In this document: positions 1 through 9,158 of the stretch, in pieces
Position numbering within the stretch: the first letter of the stretch is position 1
Layout of the letters: every line of letters begins with the position of its first letter
Assembly (NCBI GenBank): GCA_963663475.2
Contig: CAXXJV010000001.1
Location: 388,279-452,278, forward strand
Length of the DNA stretch: 64,000 nucleotides
Origin: Candidatus Cloacimonadales bacterium
GTDB lineage: Bacteria > Cloacimonadota > Cloacimonadia > Cloacimonadales > JAFGVF01
Direction: 5' to 3'
Notes under the pieces: model-generated
Database searches by the model: none
Seen by the model: the letters and a program-made list of their open reading frames with translations, nothing else
Told to the model about the DNA's origin: nothing
Position numbers and translations under genes: made by a program

Positions 1-372
1 ACGATATCTCCCCTTTTGAGGCCTATCATATCTAAACATAGGGCCAGTATAGAATAGTTTTTGAATTCCTGCTGCAGACCCTAAAGAATTCTCGACATAG
101 CTTCTAACGACAGGAGCTGTGCCTTCTGGTCTGAGGGCAAAAGTTCTTCCCTTCTTATCATTGAATTTATACATTTCTTTTTGCACTATGTCAGATGTTT
201 CACCTGATGATCTTTCAAAAAGGTCTGCATCTTCAAAGATAGGCGTAACTATTTCTTTATAATTAAATAATTTAGCTGTACTTTTAAATACATTTATTAT
301 ATATTCCCATTTATAGCTATCATCGGGCAAAATATCATAAGTCCCACGAGGGAGATTATATTTTGAACTCAC
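1..372 (-). CDS. hisS: Histidine--tRNA ligase, N-terminal part (gene runs off the left edge)
   Basis: Not in the ORF track. Reverse translation from GTG at 372 reads SSKYNLPRGTYDILPDDSYKWEYI...FALRPEGTAPVVRSY...YTGPMFRYDRPQKGRYR. These are class II HisRS N-terminal motifs. The frame stays open to position 1. Confidence 0.85.
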   Translation of the reverse strand, partial: MSSKYNLPRGTYDILPDDSYKWEYIINVFKSTAKLFNYKEIVTPIFEDADLFERSSGETSDIVQKEMYKFNDKKGRTFALRPEGTAPVVRSYVENSLGSAAGIQKLFYTGPMFRYDRPQKGRYR

Positions 373-571
373 TAAGATACCTCTTCTAGTATTTTTTTTG
401 TCATAATTTTTAGTTAAGATAAATCGTCAATTATTATTATATAGATCTAATAAAAATGATCATTTCCCTAATTAGTCCAATCGACTTTCTGTCAGTTAAG
501 AAATCCACTATATTCACAATGTAAATAAATATCATGGATAGCTGAAGCAGAAGCTTAGATTCCTAAAATAG

Positions 572-3178
572 CTATGATAATTTTCTAGCACTAGCAGCAA
601 TAAGAGCATTAACTAATTCTTCTAATTTCAGTGGTTTATAAATAATATAATAATCAAAATCTGTTAAGTTTTTGGTTAAGTCATCATCAATTATTGAGCG
701 TGTCATTAGAATAATAGTAACTTTAGCATCTTTGAGTATTTGCTTATTTTTAGAGAAGAAGTCTTTGAAACCAGATTCATAATCGAAAATAATTAAATCA
801 CACTGTTTATTTGAGTTAATATATTTTTCATAGAAATTGCCATGTGGCATAAGCCTAGAGGAGATATTATTTTTCATTAGGAGCTGACTTATAAACTTTT
901 GACTTCCTAAATCTTCATCAATAATGCAAATATGTCTAGCCTGTAATTGGCTAATTTCTTTGGGTCTCAAATGATTCTTAAAGTCTTTAAAAATACTCAT
1001 ATCAAAATCCAAATAGAAGTAAACAGTTGTTCCTTTACCTTCATTTGAAGTTAACCAAATAGAGCCACCCATTTTGCTGATAATATTTCTACATATTGCT
1101 AATCCTAAGCCCATTCCAGTCAAACTTGTTTTTAAATTGTTTTCTTGAGGATGATTGAATTTTTCGAAAGCATGATGTTCTTCTTCTTTAGTCATACCTA
1201 GGCCACTATCTTTAACATAGAAGATAATTTTTCCATCACTTGGGTGGGTATAACCACACTCAATAACTCCTTTTGGGGTAAATTTAACAGCATTTTCCAA
1301 AATTTCTCTAAAAACTAAACAGAAGTACTTTTTGTCATTGAAGAGAATATCTTTCTGATCAGATAAAGAAAAATAATTAACAATTTTAACCAACCTGCCA
1401 GATTTAACAGCTTCTTTCTGAATTTGTGCAATATTTTCCCTGATACATTCATTAACAGAAAACTCTTGATTGTTTATACTTCTAGTATTTTTATTAATCT
1501 CTGAATAGACTAAAATCTTTTCAATTAATCTGAGTAATTTATCTGAATTGCTTTTCACTATTTCATGATAATCATTTCTTTGCAAGTCAGGAAAAGTTTC
1601 TTTATCTAATAGTTCTTGGAAGCCATTTTTCACATTTAAGGGGTCTCTTATCTCTCTGATAAATCCTTCAATTAGGTTTTTAGATTCAAAAATTTGTTTT
1701 TCAGATTCTTCAATCTTTCTTTTAAGTTCTAGCATTTCATGTTTAACTTTTGAATTATTAAAAAACTCAACAATAACAAATTCATTCTGTCCATCTTGAT
1801 AATCAATTAGAGATATTATTACTGGGAAGGTTACTTTACCTGCCGTGAATTCTAAATCAAATAGCTTCCCCTGTCTATCCTTTCCCTTATTAATTATATC
1901 AAGAATTTCTTTAGGGAAAAAATCAAGCAACCTACTTTCCTTTTTCATTATCATATCAGCAAAATCAGATTGTGTTACTTTTAGGTTATAATCTACTATT
2001 AGCCCTGTATCCTTAGCAACTACAAAGATATACTGATAACTTTTATTAGATATCTGAGTTAGAATATTTTGGGATCTATTTAGTTCTTTCTTATATTTTT
2101 TTTGTCTTAAATAGTTGATTATCAATAAAATTATAAAGAGAATATAACTAATATAAAAGCTTAATCTGAGAGCTTTAATCATCACAGTTTTCGAGAGCTC
2201 ATCATTCTCTAGTACAAGAGCATTATCTCTATATGAGGCTATATCAATTTGGAAATTGTTTGCCACTTTATTATTCAGATAGAGCTGGTATTCTTCAATA
2301 TTAGAGAGGTCTATCTCATTTAAAGGCAGATTATTGAGGATAAGCATTATTTTTATAGAAAGATTTTTTGCAAAAGTATCCAAATTAGAATAATATCCTC
2401 CAAGGGCAATACCCTCATTCTTCTCATAGAATGTGTAGATAGGTAAGGCTAAGCTTTCATTCAAGAAATCTACTTGTTCAGGAAAATCCATATGAGCAAA
2501 ATCTTTATCTTGATAAGCTGAGAGAAGTAAGACAATACTATTTTTTTGAGAATAATACTCATATTTACTAATTTCTGAGAAAGCTAATTTACTGAAATCA
2601 ATATATAGAACCTTTTCTTGGAAACTTTTATCGCCAACAAGATAATTTTCTAAGTAAGTTTTCATTATCTGCCCTTTAAGAGACTTATCAGAAATTACTA
2701 GTAAGTGTTCTAAGTTTGGGTGTAGCTCTTTTATTAGCTCTAATTCTTTAATAATTGTGGTTTTGATAATGTTTTTATTATAGATATCTAAATTAAGAAT
2801 TTTAGTATTAGGGAAAATTACCTGACCAAAGTCTTCACAGAATTCAATAGCTTTAGAGTTATAGGCAACCACTATATCAAATTTATTAACACTGCCATAT
2901 TTTTCTTGGAAAAATCTAATAAATGTAGCTTTATCTCTTGTATATACACTATTATTATCACCAATATATTCAGCAAAAAGCTTGATATCACTTTCCCGTA
3001 GTTCATTATCAAGGGCTAAGAAAATCTGCCGGTTAATCAAATATTCATGAGAACCAGAAAATAGTAATAAAACTCGCTTATGCTCATCAGTTTTGTAGTC
3101 CTGTGACATTAGATTCAAGCTAAGAAATAATAGAAAAAGAAAAAAGACATTTTTTTTTATATTCATAATTTTCCTCAT
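572..3178 (-). CDS. Hybrid sensor histidine kinase / response regulator with a large N-terminal extracytoplasmic domain
   Basis: 868-aa ORF. It has a signal/TM start, a roughly 330-aa sensor domain and a TM segment (SFYISYILFIILLIINYL). It also has a kinase core with ATPase G-boxes (DSGLGM, GMGLGLAICR) and a C-terminal receiver (IIDED..DLIIFDY..ILMT..YKPL). ATG at 3166, preceded by GAGGAAA, may be the true start. Confidence 0.85.
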   Translation of the reverse strand: MRKIMNIKKNVFFLFLLFLSLNLMSQDYKTDEHKRVLLLFSGSHEYLINRQIFLALDNELRESDIKLFAEYIGDNNSVYTRDKATFIRFFQEKYGSVNKFDIVVAYNSKAIEFCEDFGQVIFPNTKILNLDIYNKNIIKTTIIKELELIKELHPNLEHLLVISDKSLKGQIMKTYLENYLVGDKSFQEKVLYIDFSKLAFSEISKYEYYSQKNSIVLLLSAYQDKDFAHMDFPEQVDFLNESLALPIYTFYEKNEGIALGGYYSNLDTFAKNLSIKIMLILNNLPLNEIDLSNIEEYQLYLNNKVANNFQIDIASYRDNALVLENDELSKTVMIKALRLSFYISYILFIILLIINYLRQKKYKKELNRSQNILTQISNKSYQYIFVVAKDTGLIVDYNLKVTQSDFADMIMKKESRLLDFFPKEILDIINKGKDRQGKLFDLEFTAGKVTFPVIISLIDYQDGQNEFVIVEFFNNSKVKHEMLELKRKIEESEKQIFESKNLIEGFIREIRDPLNVKNGFQELLDKETFPDLQRNDYHEIVKSNSDKLLRLIEKILVYSEINKNTRSINNQEFSVNECIRENIAQIQKEAVKSGRLVKIVNYFSLSDQKDILFNDKKYFCLVFREILENAVKFTPKGVIECGYTHPSDGKIIFYVKDSGLGMTKEEEHHAFEKFNHPQENNLKTSLTGMGLGLAICRNIISKMGGSIWLTSNEGKGTTVYFYLDFDMSIFKDFKNHLRPKEISQLQARHICIIDEDLGSQKFISQLLMKNNISSRLMPHGNFYEKYINSNKQCDLIIFDYESGFKDFFSKNKQILKDAKVTIILMTRSIIDDDLTKNLTDFDYYIIYKPLKLEELVNALIAASARKLS

Positions 3179-3305
3179 TTAAGCAAACTTAATACTTGAG
3201 CTTCTTTTTGTAAAGAATTTTCTTTCTTTCGTAAGAAAGTTACACTTCAAAGCTACTTGCTAATTAACAAGCTCTTCCGCCTTTTAGATAATTTAAAACT
3301 TTTCG

Positions 3306-3334
3306 TTGACATAAAAATCCACATTTTAAATTAT
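3306..3334 (+). promoter_or_regulatory. Possible sigma70-type promoter upstream of the dehydrogenase gene
   Basis: TTGACA at 3306-3311 is followed 17-19 nt later by AT-rich hexamers (AATTAT / TTATAT). The -10 box is ambiguous in this AT-rich context. Confidence 0.3.
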
Positions 3335-3369
3335 ATAGCCATATAAAATAAATAAAAAATTAGGAGTAC

Positions 3370-4299
3370 ATGATGTCCGTTAAAGTATTAGTTGCTACAG
3401 AAAAACCTTTCGCTCCAGCAGCAGTTAAAGGTATTCAAGAAGTATGTCAGGAAGCTGGTTATGAGTGTATTTTATTAGAAAAATATGCAGACCAAGCAGA
3501 TTTTGTTAATGCAGTCAAAGATGTTGATGCTGTAATTATCCGTAGTGATAAAGCTACTAAGGAAGTTATTGATAATGGCGATAACTTAAAAATTATCGTT
3601 AGAGCAGGTGCAGGTTATGACAATATTGACCTCCAGGCTGCTAGTGCAAAAAACGTAGTTGCTATGAATACCCCTGGTCAAAATTCTAATGCTGTTGCTG
3701 AATTAGCATTTGGTATGATGCTCTACAGTGCAAGAAACTTCTTCTCACCTAAAGCTGGAACAGAGTTAAGAGAAAAAACTATCGGTATCCATGCTTATGG
3801 TAATGTTGGCCGTTATGTTGCAAAAATTGCTCAAGGCTTCGGTATGACTGTTAAAGCATTTGATCCATTCATTTGCTCATGTAAAATGGAAGAAGATGGT
3901 GTTATCCCTGTGACTTCAGTAGAAGAATTATATTCAACTTGTGATTATATTTCTCTCCATATTCCTGCAAATGACAAAACAAAAAAATCAATTAATGCTT
4001 CATTATTTAATATTATGAAAGCTGATGCTGTTTTAGTTAATACTGCTCGTAAAGAAGTTATTGATGAAGACGATTTAAAGAAAGCTTTTGCTGAAAAAGC
4101 TAAATTCAAATACCTTACTGATATTGCACCTGTATGTGATGCAGAATTAAAAGCAGACTTCCCTGATAGGTATTTCGCAACTCCTAAGAAAATGGGAGCT
4201 CAAACTGGAGAAGCTAATGTAAATGCAGGTCTTGCTGCTATCAAACAAATTGTTGCCTTCTTAAAAGATGGTGATACAACTTTCCAAGTTAATAAATAA
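3370..4299 (+). CDS. serA: D-isomer-specific 2-hydroxyacid dehydrogenase, short (type III-like) D-3-phosphoglycerate dehydrogenase
   Basis: 309 aa with no regulatory domains. NAD fold GIHAYGNVGRYVAKIAQGFG..KAFD and catalytic Arg/Glu region NTARKEVIDEDDL. The usual TPH motif reads TPKKMG (Lys in place of His). SD AGGAG is upstream. Confidence 0.75.
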   Translation: MMSVKVLVATEKPFAPAAVKGIQEVCQEAGYECILLEKYADQADFVNAVKDVDAVIIRSDKATKEVIDNGDNLKIIVRAGAGYDNIDLQAASAKNVVAMNTPGQNSNAVAELAFGMMLYSARNFFSPKAGTELREKTIGIHAYGNVGRYVAKIAQGFGMTVKAFDPFICSCKMEEDGVIPVTSVEELYSTCDYISLHIPANDKTKKSINASLFNIMKADAVLVNTARKEVIDEDDLKKAFAEKAKFKYLTDIAPVCDAELKADFPDRYFATPKKMGAQTGEANVNAGLAAIKQIVAFLKDGDTTFQVNK

Positions 4300-4322
4300 T
4301 TTTATTAAGAAATTAATTAGAA

Positions 4323-4349
4323 AGAGGGATGATTCATCCCTCTTTTTTT
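4323..4349 (+). terminator. Rho-independent terminator after the dehydrogenase gene
   Basis: Stem AGAGGGA / TCCCTCT with a 7-nt loop, followed by a T7 run. Confidence 0.8.
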
Positions 4350-4351
4350 AT

Positions 4352-4400
4352 CCCGAATGGTGCAGTAGAACTTTGATAAAGAGTGATAGATTCTCTCTTT
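4352..4400 (+). mobile_element. Truncated MITE-like element (left arm only)
   Basis: CCCGAATGGTGCAGTAGAACTTTGATAAAGAGTGATAGATTCTC matches the left arm of the 26042 copy. There is no matching right end. It is fused to a GC-rich hairpin. Confidence 0.6.
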
Positions 4401-4404
4401 CTTT

Positions 4405-4519
4405 CTAACTGGGAATTCGGGCATCCCTGCCTGAGTCCAGCACGAAAGTGTTGGAATTGTTATGATTACCACACACTTTCGTGCGTGGTGCGGGCAAGGA
4501 TGCCCGCATTCCCAGTTAG
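4405..4519. repeat. GC-rich long imperfect hairpin (candidate structured RNA / repeat module)
   Basis: Outer arms CTAACTGGGAAT+TCGGGCATCC (4405-4426) pair with GGATGCCCG+ATTCCCAGTTAG (4498-4519). Inner arms GCACGAAAGTGT (4440-4451) pair with ACACTTTCGTGC (4473-4484). My hand count gives about 53% G+C, against much more AT-rich flanks. Confidence 0.6.
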
Positions 4520-4631
4520 CCCTGCCTTACTATCTGTTTGAGGGGTGATGGACGGTTTATCCACCTTCTTCTTTCTTTTTTGCTTTTAGCAAAAATAATT
4601 AGTGAAAATCGTTTTAATTTGTCTTAAGAAC

Positions 4632-5714
4632 CTAATACAAATAAATATATTTATTACCTGCTTGGGCCTGAATAACCCCTTTTAGTTCTAAGTTCATGAG
4701 TAAGGAAGACAATTTAGACATTTGAATTTTAGTATTGATAATAATTTCATCATAATATACTGATCTATTTTCTTGTTTGATATAATCATAAACTATCTTT
4801 TCATCTTTAGACAATTCTGGGAAAATAGTCAATTGCTCTACATAGTTAGTATTAATAAAAGATGCTAAGATATCATCAGCTTCAGTAACCATACAAGCCC
4901 CATTTTTGATAAGATAATTAGGGCCCTCTGATAGGATATTATTTATCTGCCCTGGCACAGCAAAAAGCTCTTTATTCTGATCTAGAGCATATTTAGCAGT
5001 TAGCATAGCCCCACTAGATTTCTTGCCTTGAATAACTAAAGTACCCATTGATAAGGCTGAAATTATTCTGTTTCTTTGTGGGAAAAAATAGCGTTCAGCT
5101 GGCATACCAGGAATATATTCAGAGAGAATTGCTCCATTTTCAATAATTTTCTCAGCTAAGTGCCTATTTTCAGGAGGATAGATTTGATCACAGCCAGTTG
5201 CCATTACTGCCAGAGTTTTACCTCCTGTAGCTAAAGTGGCCTTGTGGGCTATTGTATCAACTCCATAAGCTAAGCCTGAAACAATTATTACCCCCTTGCT
5301 GGCTAAGTCTCTGCTTAACTTATTAGCTATATATTTACCATAATTATCTACCCTTCTAGTACCCACAATTGCCAAAGTATTATTCCACGCATTTTGAGGT
5401 AATTCTCCCCTATAAAATATTATTAAAGGAGGTGAGAATATTGATTTCAAACATACTGGATAGTCCTTATCTAAACAAGTAAGATACTTGATATCATACT
5501 TTTCTATAAGCTTGCATACCTGGTCGAAATTACTAATTTTTTTATTTTCCTTTATCTTACTAAGAAGCTTTGAGGGAATTTCTGGAATATCCAAATCTTC
5601 CCCCATAAAATTTTTAGGTTCCCCATACTTCTCTAATAAAATCCTACTATAAACCCTTCCAATACCATCTGTCTGACGAAACCTTAACCAATAATCGAGA
5701 TGCTCAAAATCCAT
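4632..5714 (-). CDS. dprA: DNA-processing protein DprA (Smf)
   Basis: 360 aa. Rossmann-like core GLAYGVDTIAHKATL..GGKTLAVMATGCDQIYPPEN and a C-terminal winged-helix-like tail. Confidence 0.9.
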   Translation of the reverse strand: MDFEHLDYWLRFRQTDGIGRVYSRILLEKYGEPKNFMGEDLDIPEIPSKLLSKIKENKKISNFDQVCKLIEKYDIKYLTCLDKDYPVCLKSIFSPPLIIFYRGELPQNAWNNTLAIVGTRRVDNYGKYIANKLSRDLASKGVIIVSGLAYGVDTIAHKATLATGGKTLAVMATGCDQIYPPENRHLAEKIIENGAILSEYIPGMPAERYFFPQRNRIISALSMGTLVIQGKKSSGAMLTAKYALDQNKELFAVPGQINNILSEGPNYLIKNGACMVTEADDILASFINTNYVEQLTIFPELSKDEKIVYDYIKQENRSVYYDEIIINTKIQMSKLSSLLMNLELKGVIQAQAGNKYIYLY

Positions 5715-5717
5715 AAC

Positions 5718-6743
<1,026 letters not shown>

Positions 6744-6952
6744 TCATTTTTTCTTTAACCCGAATGGTTTAATTATATATTTTCTAATTATTTTTCTATA
6801 AATACCATATTCTCAAAGAACTAGATTGAGTCAAGAACATTATATGATGATTATTAAGTATCTAGGATAGTTAATTTTTAGCAAGTTTCCTGAAGACTAA
6901 TGTAGATTATAGCTTGAGAGAAGTGGGTGTTTAGTTTAAGCATGCTTAGTTC

Positions 6953-7007
6953 TTCCTTTACGGTCTTTCGATGAAAGTCCAGGTTTCATCGAAAGACTGT
7001 AAAGGAA
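6953..7007. repeat. Hairpin-family repeat, copy 1
   Basis: TTCCTTTACGGTCTTTCGATGAAA-GTCCAGG-TTTCATCGAAAGACTGTAAAGGAA. Related copies are at 25534 and 55185. Confidence 0.8.
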
Positions 7008-7055
7008 GGGTAAAAGATGAATAAGGGGTAGATAAGAGAAAATTATTCTTTTTAT

Positions 7056-7246
7056 CCCGAATAGTTGAGTAGAACTTTAGTAATACTTGACCAAAGCTTC
7101 GTATCACAGGTGAAGAGTGCTAGATTCTTTTAGCAAAATAGCTTACAGAATTCGCGCGCATATAACATATATATTCGGAAGGCTATGGATCTTACTTTTG
7201 CAAAAGAATATTCTGTTATTCTCAAAGGTCTAATGCATTATTTGGG
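7056..7246 (+). mobile_element. MITE-like palindromic element (191 bp, longest form)
   Basis: Ends are CCCGAATAGTTGAGTAGA ... TCTAATGCATTATTTGGG. It is flanked by the direct repeat TTTAT (7051-7055 and 7247-7251). Confidence 0.85.
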
Positions 7247-7430
7247 TTTATTGGCACTTAATTCTCAATAATGCACTAGACCTAGTGAAGAAGTTTAAAA
7301 AAAATTAAAGAAAATTCTTTACAGTTTTGAAATATTTTAAGTTAATGATAAAATAGAAAAATTAGAGATTCAAAACATTCTAAAATTAGGCTCTTTGAGG
7401 TGCTAACGAATTAATTATTAAAGGAGACAT

Positions 7431-9152
7431 ATGAATAATGTATGGGAAATAGGGGTTGAATTAACCCTTAAGCAGAAGAAACTTAGAAACAAAATTGCCA
7501 GTACTTTAAAATGTCCTCGTACGATAGCTACCCTCTTGATTAAAAAAGGGCTTGAGACACTAGAAGATATAGAGACTTTTCTAAATCCTAGTCTAGATCA
7601 GCTTCATGATCCCTATCTATTTAAGGATATGGATAAAGCTGTCACAAGAATCATTGATGCGATAGACAAGAATGAAAAAATAACAATTTATGGTGATTAT
7701 GATGTTGATGGTACAACCTCAACTTCAGTTCTTTTATTAGGTCTCACCAAGCTAGGCGCTATCATAGATTATTACATACCTCATAGAATGATAGATGGTT
7801 ATGGACTTTCCATTTCTGGTTTAGAGCAAATCAAAGAGAATGGAACCAAGCTGATTATTTCTGTTGATTGTGGGATAAATGCTATTGATGAAGTTGAGCA
7901 AATTCATGATTATGGTATGGAGATAATTATTACAGATCACCATAATCCTAAAGATGAGCTTCCCAAGGCATTAGCAGTTATCAATCCAAAGGTTGAGACT
8001 TCTGGTTACCCATTCCAAAAGTTAGCAGGTGTTGGGGTTGCTTATAAGCTATTAGTAGCAATTTATATGCGACTAGGCATAGCTAATGAAGAAAACGTTT
8101 CTAAATACCTAGATTTAGTAGCCCTAGGAACTATTGCTGATATAGTGCCATTAGAAGGAGAAAATAGAGTACTTTCTGCTCTTGGTCTGAATCACTTAAT
8201 TAAAAAGAACAATCTTGGGTTAAAAGCTCTGATTGAATTTTCTAATTTAAATCAAAAAACTTTAAATTCATCTGACATTGTTTTCGGTTTAGCTCCCCGA
8301 ATAAATGCTGCTGGAAGAATGGGATCTGCTGATGTAGCAGTTGAACTCTTAGTTTCAAATAATGAACAAGAAAGTAAAGAATTAGCAGAAAATATTGAGC
8401 ATCAGAATTCTTTAAGGCAGCGGGAAGACCAGAAAACTTACCAAGAAGCTATTGAGATCATAGAAAAGAAATATAAAAATTTAGATGATACTGTTCTAAT
8501 CATGCTATCTTCTGATTCTTGGCATCAAGGTGTGATTGGTATTGTAGCATCAAAACTAGTTGAACAGTTCAACAGACCAGTAATTATGATTTCGGTTAAA
8601 GATGGTATTGGCTCAGGCTCAGGAAGATCAATTCCTCAGTTAGACCTCTTTCAAGCTTTAACTGATAATGATGAAGATTTAATTAGTTTTGGTGGTCATA
8701 AGTATGCTGTTGGTATGACTCTTTATCAAGAGTACATAGATTTGTTTGAGAATAAATTATCTGATTATTTAAAGAATAAGCCTTACTCCCATGCTATTCA
8801 AAATACTATTTCCATAGACACCCATCTTGAGCTCTATGATATTAATAAGAATTTCTTAGCTTGGATAGAAAAGTTTTCTCCCTTTGGTTCAGGTAATAGG
8901 AGACCAGTATTCTACACTGAAAAAGTTAACGTCTCTACTTACCCCTATATTGTAGGAAGAAACCATCTCAAATTAAAAGTAATCAAAGACGGAGTTGAAC
9001 TTGATTTAATTGGTTATAACTTAGGAGACTATTTAACTTCACTAAAAAAGAATTCTTCTTTAGATATAGCTTATTCAGTAGAAATTAACACCTTTTTTAA
9101 AAAAATGACTATTCAGGGTAAGTTACTTGACCTGAAAGTTAATAAGAATTAG
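7431..9152 (+). CDS. recJ: Single-stranded-DNA-specific exonuclease RecJ
   Basis: 573 aa with DHH motifs (GDYDVDGTTS, IITDHHNP) and a DHHA1 region (GGHKYAVG). SD AGGAG is upstream. Confidence 0.93.
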   Translation: MNNVWEIGVELTLKQKKLRNKIASTLKCPRTIATLLIKKGLETLEDIETFLNPSLDQLHDPYLFKDMDKAVTRIIDAIDKNEKITIYGDYDVDGTTSTSVLLLGLTKLGAIIDYYIPHRMIDGYGLSISGLEQIKENGTKLIISVDCGINAIDEVEQIHDYGMEIIITDHHNPKDELPKALAVINPKVETSGYPFQKLAGVGVAYKLLVAIYMRLGIANEENVSKYLDLVALGTIADIVPLEGENRVLSALGLNHLIKKNNLGLKALIEFSNLNQKTLNSSDIVFGLAPRINAAGRMGSADVAVELLVSNNEQESKELAENIEHQNSLRQREDQKTYQEAIEIIEKKYKNLDDTVLIMLSSDSWHQGVIGIVASKLVEQFNRPVIMISVKDGIGSGSGRSIPQLDLFQALTDNDEDLISFGGHKYAVGMTLYQEYIDLFENKLSDYLKNKPYSHAIQNTISIDTHLELYDINKNFLAWIEKFSPFGSGNRRPVFYTEKVNVSTYPYIVGRNHLKLKVIKDGVELDLIGYNLGDYLTSLKKNSSLDIAYSVEINTFFKKMTIQGKLLDLKVNKN

Positions 9153-9158
9153 GGACTT

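Noticed and set aside
4550-4565. TTATCCACC (a near DnaA box), and the strand switches in gene orientation, considered as a hint of a replication origin.
   Set aside because: It is a single imperfect box with no cluster. No dnaA or dnaN lies nearby and there is no AT-rich unwinding element pattern.
6966-6982. GATGAAAGTCC in the hairpin repeats resembles the RNase P CR-I motif (GAGGAAAGTCC); nearby GGTAAGGG and ACAGAA strings were also noted.
   Set aside because: The motif is the loop-proximal part of a perfect palindrome present in three copies. No P4 partner or other RNase P conserved regions occur in the correct order.
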